From contig JBBRLQ010000008.1 in NCBI GenBank assembly GCA_038231275.1, positions 64,001-128,000 of the forward strand: 64,000 nucleotides of DNA, read 5' to 3'. The position numbers were made by a program, and so were the translations under genes. The DNA comes from Polyangiales bacterium. GTDB lineage: Bacteria; Myxococcota_A; Polyangia; Polyangiales; Polyangiaceae. Below the pieces are notes generated by a model that was not told the origin of the DNA, did no database searches, and saw only the letters and a list, made by a program, of their open reading frames with translations. Below, piece after piece: positions 34,401 to 44,069 of this stretch. Position 1 is the first letter of the stretch. Every line of letters begins with the position of its first letter.

Positions 34401-37400
34401 TCAGGGCTTGGTGCTCTGGACAGTTACCGCCGCCATGAACTCGCACGAGTGATCGACGAGGCACTGGTGCCCGACCGGGCGCGTCAGGTAGAGGACGTCC
34501 TGTCCGTTCGTCGCGATGAATCGCGTGATGAGCCCGAGCGCGTACTGCTGCGGGTCCCACACCGAGCACGCGCCGCCCGACCAGCCGTGCACGCCGCGCG
34601 GGTCGGAGTACATGTGGAGCTGCGCCATGATCGGCGGCCCCGCGGTCCATCCTTTGCCATTGAACGCCGGCGCGGCGAGGCGCGGCTCCCACACGCGATC
34701 GAGCGCCGCGACGTCCGCGACCGCGAGATCGGCGCGACGCGCGAGGCGAAGCGGCTTCGCGAGGTGCTGCTGATCGAAGGGCAGTTTCCCCTCGCTCACC
34801 CAGTCGACGTCGAAGAGCGCCCCCTTGCACACCGACGCGTCGATCGTGTCTTTGCAGTCGGGCGCAACGATCACGTTCGCCTTGCACGACGGGCCGGCGG
34901 GCGTGCGGTTCAGGCGGCCGATGCCCTCGGTCATGTACGTGTCGATGAGCACCTGGTTCGGCGTCCGGTTCCCGAGCTCCGCGTAGAGCGACGGCGGCGC
35001 GCAGTACTCGCGGTACTCCGGGTAGCGCGTTGCGAACTCCGGCGGTAAGAACGGCACCATCCCGGCCGCGCGACCGAACGCGATCTCGGTGTGCGCGGCG
35101 ACGTAGTTGTCGCCGACGCTCGGCATGTTGAGGACGGGCCGCGGCGGACGCGTCGTTCCATCCGGTGTCACGAGCGGCTTCATCATGAAGTACGGCGCGA
35201 AGTTGATCGGATCGGCCGGGTCGAGCACCGCCTGCCCGAGCGCGAAGAATCGACGAAACAGCGGCGATTGCCGGACGAGGCCGAGGCCCTCCTGAGGCGC
35301 GACGAGCTTGCTCCCCACCGGAAAAAACTTGTCGGTGAACTGCGCGCAGCCGTCGTCGCCGGTGCACGTCGCGTCGCCGGCCACTTGACCGGGCGTCGGC
35401 GCGCGCTGCTCGAAGGTCGCGATGCGGCGCCCGACCGGCGCGTCGGGGCGCAGCGCGCAGGTGCCGTACGAGACGACGGCGTGCGCCTGCGGGTAGATCT
35501 GGAGATCGAGCGCGTCGCCGATGCTCGCGGGGACTGGCACGCGGAAATGCCCGAGCGCGTCGGTCGTGCCCGCGCAGCGCACCTCACCGGTCGTCACGTT
35601 CACGAGGCGCACGGTCATCGCGCCGCCGAGCTCGTCCGGGTGCAGGCACGCGATCTCGATTTCGGGGCTGTCGCGACCGTCGTTGACGACGAAGCGCACC
35701 GAGCGATCGTCGCCTCCGCAGTTGGTCTGCTTGTTGGTGCCGCTCGGCGGGCGCTCGGAGGCCGGCACCGCGACGACGATCGGCGTGAGCGACTGCTCCA
35801 TGACCGCGTTGGCGACGCCGTACGATCGCAGCGCGATCTCCGTGAGCCCGCCGCCGCCGACCACAGGGACCAGCGTCTCCAGCTTGTGATCCACGCCGCC
35901 CAGGATCTGCGTCACGATCCCGCCCAGCGAGCCGCCGAGCGCGCTGATGGGTCCGCCGACGTCCGGCGTGCCGTTCGCGTCGAAATCGCCCGCGAGCTCG
36001 GGCTTTCCGTCGCCGTCGAGATCCTGATCGCCGCGCGCCACGCCGTCGAACGACGCGATGATGCGCGACATCTGCATCGAGTCCAAGATCCCCTGGCGCA
36101 CGTTGTCGCGGACGTGGAAGAGGTGCGGCGTCCACCACCACCAGCCGGAATCCTTGGTGCCGTCGCCGTTCACGTCTTGCGCGCGGCCGCTCATGACCGC
36201 GTCGGCGAGCGGCGCGTAGCACATGCCAGACAGGGCGCCGCGCACGATGGCCTCTTGCCCGGGCGGCAGGCCCATCCCATGGTGCGGCATGTCGATGGTG
36301 ACCGACGCGATCCCCTGACGCGCGAGCTCGCCGCCGAACGAGATCACGTTCTCGGATTGCCCGCCGTAGCCGTGCCCCTCGATCGTGATCGGGAAGGGCT
36401 GCTTGTGGCCAGGTGTCTCCTTGGGGACGACCATCCAGAAGTGCACCTTGTCGTGACCGACCTCGCCCTCGCCGGTCTTGAAGTTCACGTGGAACCGATC
36501 GTCTGCCCCCTCGTGCGCGGGATCGCCGATGAGGTAGGGCGACTCGAAGTCGCCGATGATGACGTGGTCGATGTGCGAGAGGCTCTCGACGAGCGCCGCG
36601 TTGTCGCGCGCGCTGCCGCCTCCGACCTTGCCGAGGATGTCGGTGAATTGCTTCAGCACGCTGGGATCGCCGAGATCGAACACGTAGGGCTTCGTCGCCG
36701 GCACCGCGCACTTCGGATCGGCCTGCCATCCCGCAGGCTGCGCCTCGCCGCCGCCGACCTGCCCGGCCGCGCTCGCGACCAGGACCTTCGGCGGGAACTG
36801 CGTGGCGAAGCGTGCGAACGGGCCCTTGCCGTAGAGCCCGTCGCGGAGCAGGCGCAAGTCTTCCTGTGTGGGTTGCGTCGTGAACGTCCAGGTGAACGCA
36901 ACATGGTCGAGGCCGGTGCCGGCCAGATCGCCGAAGTACGCCGAGTGCCGCGCGTCGTTGAGCGCGCCGCGCAGGCGGTCGGCGCCGTTTTTTTGCTGCG
37001 GGTGGTGCACGTACTCGAACGGTGAGAGCACCGGGCGATGATCGGCGCCGAGCAGGCGATCGGTGAAGACGACGGCGTACTCGGTCTTCTCGTCCATCGG
37101 CACCAGCGGCCGCAAGATGAGCGTGTCGGTCTCGCGCTCGTACCAGGTGAGGAGGTTGTCGTACGTGTCGATGCCGGCGGCGCCGAGCGTGTTGGGGTGA
37201 TCGAGCACGCCGTCGAAGTCGAGGTCGAGATCGGGGCGGTACTGCGCTTGCGTGAGGCCGGCGCCCTCTTCGCGCGTCTCGAAGAGGAGGTTCGAGTCCT
37301 TCGCGTGCGGATCGTTCGCCCAGTAGAGGCCCGGCTCGCGGAGGACGGCCTGCAAGCTGCCCGAGCCCATGTCGAGCACGACGGGCACGCCGGTGGTCAG

Positions 37401-37856
37401 GTTGACGAGGTAGACCGGATCGTCCGCGAAATCGAAATCGCCGCGCGGCATGCGCCTCCGGACCTCGCCCAGGTCGAGCGCGGCGTCGCGCGGATCGGCG
37501 TTGGGGCTCTTGTCGAACGACGCCCAGATCGGCGCGTATGTCCCCCACCCCTCGAGATCGTTGAGCCCGCCTCGGGCCATGCGCTCCATGTTGGTCGGCG
37601 CGACGAGGCTCACGTTCACGCGGAGCCCGGTGCGGCTCGTCGGATCGGGGAACGTGGCGATGTCGTTCGGGAGCGGGACCTCGGGGAGCGGGCGACGCGA
37701 GGTGTCGAAGACGACGCGCGCGCCGGGGCCGCTCGGCGTTCGACGGAGACCGACCGGCGCGGAGTCCACGGCACACGCCGCGAAGGCCAGCGCCGCGGAG
37801 GCGACGAGCGCCAGCCGGGGCAGAGAAGAACGACGCGAAATCACGTGCTGTTTCAT
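34401..37856 (-). CDS. Large lipoprotein with alpha/beta-hydrolase (lipase-like) domain
   Basis: Lipobox FAAC; PLPND N-domain; GHGYGG, IDMPHHG, GGSLGG nucleophile elbow. Confidence 0.78.
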   Translation of the reverse strand: MKQHVISRRSSLPRLALVASAALAFAACAVDSAPVGLRRTPSGPGARVVFDTSRRPLPEVPLPNDIATFPDPTSRTGLRVNVSLVAPTNMERMARGGLNDLEGWGTYAPIWASFDKSPNADPRDAALDLGEVRRRMPRGDFDFADDPVYLVNLTTGVPVVLDMGSGSLQAVLREPGLYWANDPHAKDSNLLFETREEGAGLTQAQYRPDLDLDFDGVLDHPNTLGAAGIDTYDNLLTWYERETDTLILRPLVPMDEKTEYAVVFTDRLLGADHRPVLSPFEYVHHPQQKNGADRLRGALNDARHSAYFGDLAGTGLDHVAFTWTFTTQPTQEDLRLLRDGLYGKGPFARFATQFPPKVLVASAAGQVGGGEAQPAGWQADPKCAVPATKPYVFDLGDPSVLKQFTDILGKVGGGSARDNAALVESLSHIDHVIIGDFESPYLIGDPAHEGADDRFHVNFKTGEGEVGHDKVHFWMVVPKETPGHKQPFPITIEGHGYGGQSENVISFGGELARQGIASVTIDMPHHGMGLPPGQEAIVRGALSGMCYAPLADAVMSGRAQDVNGDGTKDSGWWWWTPHLFHVRDNVRQGILDSMQMSRIIASFDGVARGDQDLDGDGKPELAGDFDANGTPDVGGPISALGGSLGGIVTQILGGVDHKLETLVPVVGGGGLTEIALRSYGVANAVMEQSLTPIVVAVPASERPPSGTNKQTNCGGDDRSVRFVVNDGRDSPEIEIACLHPDELGGAMTVRLVNVTTGEVRCAGTTDALGHFRVPVPASIGDALDLQIYPQAHAVVSYGTCALRPDAPVGRRIATFEQRAPTPGQVAGDATCTGDDGCAQFTDKFFPVGSKLVAPQEGLGLVRQSPLFRRFFALGQAVLDPADPINFAPYFMMKPLVTPDGTTRPPRPVLNMPSVGDNYVAAHTEIAFGRAAGMVPFLPPEFATRYPEYREYCAPPSLYAELGNRTPNQVLIDTYMTEGIGRLNRTPAGPSCKANVIVAPDCKDTIDASVCKGALFDVDWVSEGKLPFDQQHLAKPLRLARRADLAVADVAALDRVWEPRLAAPAFNGKGWTAGPPIMAQLHMYSDPRGVHGWSGGACSVWDPQQYALGLITRFIATNGQDVLYLTRPVGHQCLVDHSCEFMAAVTVQSTKP

Positions 37857-38048
37857 GTGCGCACCCGGCAGGTCGATTTTAGAGCAAAGGCTCTAACACG
37901 GGCCCCTCGCCTCCGCCATCGCGGCGCGTGCGACGCGGCGGACGCGCGGAGGACCGGAGAGGCCGCGACGCGCACGTCGCACCGGCGCGCGATTCCTCGG
38001 GAAAAACGCCGATCCCGCGCGGGCATGGCCCCTGCTGTGGAGCGGCGC

Positions 38049-39287
38049 ATGATGGAGATCTCGCTCGGCCGGTTCGCGCTTCCCCTGCTCCTCCTCTCGT
38101 TCGCGGGGGCCGTGGGTTGCCTCGGCGACACGCTGCCGAAGGACGAGGCGGCGTCGAGCTCTGGTGGCGGGACGAGCGGCCACGCGTCGAGCGGATCGAG
38201 TGGCGGGACCAGCGGGACCAGCGGTGGAACCAGCGGAAGCTCTGGGACCAGCGGTGGCACCAGCGGGACCAGCGGTGGCACCAGTGGAAGCTCTGGGACC
38301 GCCGGCGATGGCGGTTCGGCCGGACCCGAGGCGCCGTGCACGAAGACGTCGAAGACGTACGGCTCGATGACGGCATGGGAATGCATCCCGACCGGCCTCG
38401 AAGGGAAGTCGGGGCCGCCCGCCGGCCTCGTCGTCGCGATGCACGGCTACACGCAGGGCGTCGTCGATCCCGCGTCGCCGAACAAGACGTGGGGCTTCCG
38501 TCCGACGTCGCAGTGGGCGGTGCTCGCGCAGAAGCACAAGTTCTACGTCCTCTACCCCGACCACGGCACCTCGGCGTTCCAGTGGTACGCGTACTTCGGC
38601 ACGAGCGGGATCGGGCGCACCGACCTCGAGCCGTCGCAGATCGCAGCGATGGTGAAAGACTTCCAGGCCGAGCACAACGTCGACCCCACCAAGGTCTTCG
38701 CGAACGGGCTCTCGGCCGGCGCCTTCATGACGACAGTCATGCTCGCGACCTACCCCGACGTCTTCGCCGGCGGCTCGATGTTCGAGGGCGGCGCATACGG
38801 GTGCTCGACGTCGTGCGCGGCGCTCGGCAAGAAGGGCAACGGCTGGACGTGGCCCGGCAACCACGCCGCGTCGCTCGTCACCGGCGCGTACGGGACCGTG
38901 TGGCAGAGCGCGTCCGCCAAGAAGCCACGCCTGATGGTCTTCCAGGGCGACGCCGACGGTGCCGTGACCCCCGAGAACCTCGCCGACGTGACGCAGCAGT
39001 GGAAGGGCGCCGTCGGGATCACCGACGCGGGCGCCACCAAGACGCTCAAGGGCGCGCAGTACACCGAGTACTCGAAGGACGGTCAGGTGATGCTCGCCAC
39101 GGTGCTCATGCCCGGCATCGGCCACGGCACGCCCGTCGATCCGGGCTCCGGCGCCGACCAGGGCGGATGGGATCCGAACCCCAGCAAGACCGCGTCGAGC
39201 GACACCAACACCGACCAGGACTGGACCAACACCGCCGGCATCTACGGCCCGTATTACTCGGCGAAGTTCTTCGGCCTCATCCCCTGA
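38049..39287 (+). CDS. PHB depolymerase/LpqC-family esterase lipoprotein
   Basis: Lipobox AVGC; GTS linker; VVAMHG, GLSAG, YPDVFA, QGDAD, GIGHG. Confidence 0.85.
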   Translation: MMEISLGRFALPLLLLSFAGAVGCLGDTLPKDEAASSSGGGTSGHASSGSSGGTSGTSGGTSGSSGTSGGTSGTSGGTSGSSGTAGDGGSAGPEAPCTKTSKTYGSMTAWECIPTGLEGKSGPPAGLVVAMHGYTQGVVDPASPNKTWGFRPTSQWAVLAQKHKFYVLYPDHGTSAFQWYAYFGTSGIGRTDLEPSQIAAMVKDFQAEHNVDPTKVFANGLSAGAFMTTVMLATYPDVFAGGSMFEGGAYGCSTSCAALGKKGNGWTWPGNHAASLVTGAYGTVWQSASAKKPRLMVFQGDADGAVTPENLADVTQQWKGAVGITDAGATKTLKGAQYTEYSKDGQVMLATVLMPGIGHGTPVDPGSGADQGGWDPNPSKTASSDTNTDQDWTNTAGIYGPYYSAKFFGLIP

Positions 39288-39315
39288 GCGATCGGCGCAG
39301 ACGCGGACCGAGGCG

Positions 39316-39726
39316 TCAACGCGGAGGCGTTGGATGCGTGCCCGGTGCGCACGGCGGAACTTCTCCGGCGGACCCGTCGAGGTAGCACGACGACAGAACG
39401 ACCAGGTGGCCGTCGGCGGTACAGTAGTAGGAGTCGTTGAGGATGTCGGAGCAGAGCCCTGCGTTGCACGCGAGGACCGTGATGCCGCCCTTGTACGGAA
39501 ACCTGCACGGGCACGAGCCTGGCCCCGCGTCGACGGGCTGGCAGTCGTAATAGGGATCGTTCGGACCCACGCCGGCCTCGCCGAACAGCGGCCCCCCGTC
39601 GGCACCCGAGCCACCGCCCTCGCCACCGGCGTCGACGGACGGGTCGAACGTGCTGGGGTGCGACGCGGTTCCACAGGCCAGCGCAAGGGCGATCGCGGAG
39701 AGGGCGGCGATCCGGCTCTTCGACAT
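39316..39726 (-). CDS. Small Cys-rich lipoprotein
   Basis: MSKSRI..LALAC lipobox; eight further Cys; TAAGGT box 7 nt upstream. Confidence 0.7.
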   Translation of the reverse strand: MSKSRIAALSAIALALACGTASHPSTFDPSVDAGGEGGGSGADGGPLFGEAGVGPNDPYYDCQPVDAGPGSCPCRFPYKGGITVLACNAGLCSDILNDSYYCTADGHLVVLSSCYLDGSAGEVPPCAPGTHPTPPR

Positions 39727-39880
39727 GGCGCGAACCTTACCGCGCGCACGCGCGTCCGTCTCGCGGCGAAATGCTGCTCGACGGCGCGGCGCGGACCGCA
39801 ACGTCGCCGCCGCGTCCAAGCGATCGACTCGCCCGCCGCCTCGCAAGCTCGATCGCGATGGGATCGCGTGCTCGAGGACC

Positions 39881-40693
39881 TCAGATCCTCCAGTCGCGCT
39901 TCACCTTTTCGAAGAACGACGACTCGAACACGCCGTCCACGCGGATCGAGTAGCGAAAGAACGGATCCGCTTCGACGCCGTGGTAGCCGTGATCGTTGAA
40001 CCAGTAGGCGCGCGACACCACGAAGGTCTTCTTCCTCCGCGCCTCGTCCCACAAGAAGAGTCGCTTGTTTTTCTTCGGGCACAGCGTGATGAAATGCTCC
40101 GCGCTCTCGTCCTCGGCGTCGCCGTCGTGATGGACGGTGCCGTGATGGTCGGCGTCGAGCCCGAGGATGTTGCAGCGGCCGACCACGCGAAACGGCAGGC
40201 TCTTCACGAACGCGACGAGGCGCGGGAAGTGGAGCTTGGCCTCGGCGGTGAAGTCCTTCCCCTCGCCGTTCGACTTGTCCTCCCAGCTCGTGGTCGGGAT
40301 CATTTCGTAGAAGACCTGCCACGGGAAGTAGACGCCGTAGCGGTACTTGAGGAGGAGCATCTGCTTGCGGCTGAGAGGATGCTCGCGCTCCTCGCCGAAC
40401 GCGTACTCGCGCAGGCGCGCCGGATCGAACGCGCGCGGCGCGTCGGCGAGGGACACCAACGTCCGAAGCTCGTCGTCGCTCATGCGCGCGAGGACGTGGC
40501 CGTAGTCGACGTAAGGGGCGCCTTCGAGCGACGGCGGAACGATGCCCATCGTCTTGTGGCTGCCGCCGGTGTATTCGGTCGGCACGAGCGCGAGGCCGAG
40601 CGAGATCTCGTCGTGCAGCGCCTCGAGGGCGCCGACGTCGACGTAGCGTTCGAGGTCGATGAACGGGTGCCCGGCGATGCCCCAGACCGGCAT
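39881..40693 (-). CDS. Putative 2OG-Fe(II) oxygenase, Asp/Asn beta-hydroxylase-like
   Basis: HxD (VHHDG), FND..YHGV, RYSIRVDG in a beta-rich C-terminal half. Confidence 0.65.
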   Translation of the reverse strand: MPVWGIAGHPFIDLERYVDVGALEALHDEISLGLALVPTEYTGGSHKTMGIVPPSLEGAPYVDYGHVLARMSDDELRTLVSLADAPRAFDPARLREYAFGEEREHPLSRKQMLLLKYRYGVYFPWQVFYEMIPTTSWEDKSNGEGKDFTAEAKLHFPRLVAFVKSLPFRVVGRCNILGLDADHHGTVHHDGDAEDESAEHFITLCPKKNKRLFLWDEARRKKTFVVSRAYWFNDHGYHGVEADPFFRYSIRVDGVFESSFFEKVKRDWRI

Positions 40694-40873
40694 GCGGGCA
40701 GGTAGAGCACGGACCGTACCCGGCCTCGCACGGCACGATTTCGGCCGTTTTCAAGCCTCCCCAGCATCTGCCATGGCAGCGCGCCTCACCTCGCCGGCGC
40801 GGCGCGGCACGACTTGCCCCGACCCGGGCGCCGGACGCGCGCCCGCCACGACGACCTCAGGGCTTCTCTCGCG

Positions 40874-40889
40874 TGGCGTGTGTCTTGCT
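40874..40889 (+). promoter_or_regulatory. Sigma54 (-24/-12) promoter for the ATP-grasp operon
   Basis: TGGCGTG-TGTC-TTGCT, GG-N10-GC spacing, about 28 nt before ATG and its GAGGTG RBS. Confidence 0.65.
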
Positions 40890-40916
40890 CTTTCGAAAGG
40901 GCTGCGAGGTGACGCG

Positions 40917-42185
40917 ATGGTCGACGCCGGATCGATCGCGGTCGTACGGGCTTGTCCCGGCGATCCGCTGGAAGAGAGGCCGCTCGCGCGCGAGCTGGCC
41001 GAGCGCTATTTCGTCTTCGACGCGTGCGTCGGGGGCAACCGCCGCGTGGACGTGCATCCGCTCGTCTTGTCGCCCGCGTTGCACGACGACGCCGTGCGCG
41101 CCGCGGAGGATGTCGCGCGGATGATCGGGGACGTCGCCGAGCTCGCGCACGACGACGGCGGAGAGCGCGCGCACTATGGCCTGCATCCCGACACCGCGTC
41201 CCTCGCGGCCGCGTCGTGGCGCGCCGGCGATCGCGCCTGCCTCGCGCGCGTCGATCTCTTGCTCGACGATCGCGGACGCTTCCAGGCGTGCGAGATCAAC
41301 GCGGACTGCCCGGGCGGTCACAACGAGGCGCTGGGATTGCCGCGCCTCGCGCGCGCGGCGGGCTTCGCGGACGGCACCGATCCCACACGTGTCGTCGACG
41401 CCGCGGTCGATCGGCTCGAGGAGCTCGCCGACGGCGGCGCAGTCGCCCTCGTGTACGCGACGGCGTACGCGGAGGACCTTCAGGTGTGCGCGCTCCTCGC
41501 GCGACGGCTCATGGCGCGCGGCGTCGAGGCCCTCCTGGCGCCGCCCACTGCGCTCCACGTCCGCGGCGACGAGCTGTGCTTCGGCCGCCGCCCGGTGCGC
41601 GTCCTCTACCGCTTCTTCCCGACGGAGTGGATGGCCGGTCAGCGCAACGTCGGCGACATCGCGGCGGCGGTGGCGTCGGGGCGCGTGCGAACGCTCTCGA
41701 GCTTCTCGCACATCTTCGCGCAGTCGAAGGTCGCCTTCGCCCGGGCGTGGGCGCATGGTCCGTGGCTTCATCCCGTCGATCGCGAGGTCCTCGCGGCGCG
41801 CGTTCCTTTCACCGCCGACGTGGCAACGGTTCCGGCGACGAGCCTCGTGGGCGATCGCGCGGGGTGGGTCGTCAAGCGCGCGATGGGGCGCGTCGGGGAT
41901 CAGGTCTTCGTCGGCGCGCTCTTCGGCGAGGGAGAGTGGACCGCGATCGTCGCCGACGTGATCGCCGCGCGCGCGGCCGGCGAACGCTGGCTCGCGCAGC
42001 GCTACGTGCGCCAGACGCCGCTCAACACGCCGTGGGGGCCGCGCTACGTCACCCTCGGCGCCTACGTCTTGGACGGCCGCTTCGTCGGCTATTTCGCGCG
42101 CATCACGAAGGAGACCCACGTCTCGCACGACGCGCTCTGCGTCCCCGTCTTCGTCGCACGCGGCCAGGATGGGGCGGCGCGGTGA
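40917..42185 (+). CDS. Glutathionylspermidine synthetase-like ATP-grasp ligase
   Basis: ARVD, EINADCPGGHNE, YRFFPTEW, QSK, WVVKxxxGRVG, AQRYV, GAYV..FAR. Confidence 0.85.
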   Translation: MVDAGSIAVVRACPGDPLEERPLARELAERYFVFDACVGGNRRVDVHPLVLSPALHDDAVRAAEDVARMIGDVAELAHDDGGERAHYGLHPDTASLAAASWRAGDRACLARVDLLLDDRGRFQACEINADCPGGHNEALGLPRLARAAGFADGTDPTRVVDAAVDRLEELADGGAVALVYATAYAEDLQVCALLARRLMARGVEALLAPPTALHVRGDELCFGRRPVRVLYRFFPTEWMAGQRNVGDIAAAVASGRVRTLSSFSHIFAQSKVAFARAWAHGPWLHPVDREVLAARVPFTADVATVPATSLVGDRAGWVVKRAMGRVGDQVFVGALFGEGEWTAIVADVIAARAAGERWLAQRYVRQTPLNTPWGPRYVTLGAYVLDGRFVGYFARITKETHVSHDALCVPVFVARGQDGAAR

Positions 42186-43246
42186 GGAGCGCGCTCGTCC
42201 TCGCGCCGCTCGCGCTCTACTCGGCGGCGTGCGCGCTCGAGCCGGGCTCGATCCCGCCGCAGTCTCCGGCGACGGAGTGGGAAGAGCGCCCGCAGGCGCC
42301 GCCCGAGCCGGTCGTCTTTCAGCCGTCCCCGCGCGCCGACACGATCGCGCGATGGCAGCTCCCCTCGGACAACGCGTGGGCGCGCTTCGCGAAGCTCACG
42401 CTCGTCATGGCGATGGGCGTCGCGCCTCGGACCGAAGCGCTCGTCGCGGCGCCGCGCTCGCTCGAGGTCACGAAGGCCGAAGCGGCAGCGCGCTCGCTCG
42501 CGCAGACGACAATGGCGCCCGACGCGATGTGGATCGTAGATCTGCACGGCGCGGCGTCGGTGGCGTTCGGCGCGACACTCAGCCAGCACGCGCTTGTTCC
42601 GATCGCGAACGTCCTCACGTTCAACAACTGGCCCGCCGAAAACGAGCTTGTCCCCGCCGAGGAGACGCTCGCCGCCCTGGTGCACACGAGCCCAAAGCTC
42701 CCTCCTCGCGGCGCATCGGCGGCGCGACCGGTGTTCCTCCTCGACGCGTGGCGGCTCGCCTACAAGGGCACCGAGCCCGACGACGACACCACCGACAACC
42801 GCTACTACCTCACGCCATCCGATCTCCCGGACTCCGGGCACCTCCGCGCCGCAGGGCTGCGCAGTGTGTATTACGTCGTCGCGAGCCTGCGCGAGCATCC
42901 ACAAGAGGAGGACGATCTCCACGCGATCTTCCTCGACTACCAGCAGGCCGGCATCACGCTCCACATCGTCGACCTCGACGGCCTCACGCGCCCGGTCGTC
43001 TTCCGCGAGCCAGCGCCGGAGCCGGAGGCCATCGTGCCGTACGATGAGCCGCGCCTCCTCTGGGTCGAAACACGCCCCACTGTGCTCGATGACCCCTATT
43101 TTTACGGCCGATCGCAGGGCGGCTTCGGCGGCCTCCACGGCGGCGGGCATTCGATCAACGTCGGAGGCGGGCACCCCATCACGGGCGGCGGCGGGCACCA
43201 CGGCGGCGGGAGCTTCGGCGTCGGGTGGGGCGGCGGCGGCGGGTGA
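42182..43246 (+). CDS. Lipoprotein of unknown function with GGFGG / Gly-His-rich C-terminal tail
   Basis: GTGA overlap with the ligase; lipobox SAAC; ends RSQGGFGGLHGGGH..GGGGG. Confidence 0.75.
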   Translation: MRSALVLAPLALYSAACALEPGSIPPQSPATEWEERPQAPPEPVVFQPSPRADTIARWQLPSDNAWARFAKLTLVMAMGVAPRTEALVAAPRSLEVTKAEAAARSLAQTTMAPDAMWIVDLHGAASVAFGATLSQHALVPIANVLTFNNWPAENELVPAEETLAALVHTSPKLPPRGASAARPVFLLDAWRLAYKGTEPDDDTTDNRYYLTPSDLPDSGHLRAAGLRSVYYVVASLREHPQEEDDLHAIFLDYQQAGITLHIVDLDGLTRPVVFREPAPEPEAIVPYDEPRLLWVETRPTVLDDPYFYGRSQGGFGGLHGGGHSINVGGGHPITGGGGHHGGGSFGVGWGGGGG

Positions 43247-43262
43247 TGTCGCGTCGGCGTCG

Positions 43263-43997
43263 TCAGAACCACGCCTGCCACACGCCGTCCTCGTGGAGGA
43301 CGTGGACGGTGGCCGAGACGCGGTCGACGTCGCCGGGGAAGCTCAGGATCTGATGGAGACGGTACGCGTCGAACGCGACGAGCTCGCCCGGCGTGTAAAG
43401 CACCGTCGTCGACGCCGCGTGCGGGCCAGGGTGCTCCGGAAAATCCTCACCGTCGTAGAAGCGATCCCACACGCGTAGGCCACCGCCGTGCGGCGGCATC
43501 TGGAGCATGAGGACGCACGACAGCGACGGAAGTCGCGCCTCGAGCTGCGCGTCGCTCATTCCCTCCGTGTCGAAGTGCACCTCGCCCCCGCGACGCGCCA
43601 CCTGCGACCCGGCCGGGAAAATATGCACCCCTGGGCCGCACCATCCGGGGCGCCGAGTCACGGCGGCGCCGAGGTGGTCGCTCACGACGCGGAGCACGGT
43701 TTCCTGAAGGCCGGGGACCGCTTCCTCGACGATCGCGTCGGATTCGGCGGCGCCGTCGAAGTACTCGTCCTCGCGATCCTCCTCGAAGTGCGTGTACCAG
43801 GCGCGGCCCAGCGTGTACTGAACCCCGGCAAAATTGGCCGTCCAGCGCGCCCGCGCCGCGTAGACGCCTCGCGTGATTCGCGCGCACGTCGCGGCGTCCA
43901 TGACCCCCGCGAATCGCGCTGCTCGCTCCGCGGCGCACCGGCTCGTGAGCGACGGCGGGAAGAAAGCGGGGGCGCCGAACGTGGACGCGAGGTGCAT
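43263..43997 (-). CDS. 2OG-Fe(II) oxygenase
   Basis: HFD, GGGL, GELVAFD..LHQI, DRVS (HxD...H...RxS). Confidence 0.8.
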   Translation of the reverse strand: MHLASTFGAPAFFPPSLTSRCAAERAARFAGVMDAATCARITRGVYAARARWTANFAGVQYTLGRAWYTHFEEDREDEYFDGAAESDAIVEEAVPGLQETVLRVVSDHLGAAVTRRPGWCGPGVHIFPAGSQVARRGGEVHFDTEGMSDAQLEARLPSLSCVLMLQMPPHGGGLRVWDRFYDGEDFPEHPGPHAASTTVLYTPGELVAFDAYRLHQILSFPGDVDRVSATVHVLHEDGVWQAWF

Positions 43998-44010
43998 CGT
44001 TCCGTCTCAG

Positions 44011-44026
44011 AGCAAACTCGAGGCCA
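44011..44026 (-). promoter_or_regulatory. Sigma54 (-24/-12) promoter for the 2OG-Fe(II) oxygenase
   Basis: TGGCCTC-GAGT-TTGCT on the minus strand, GG-N10-GC spacing, 13 nt before ATG. Confidence 0.55.
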
Positions 44027-44069
44027 CGAACGGCCCGTCGGGGTACGATGTCGGGAGAAGGCGCCGACG

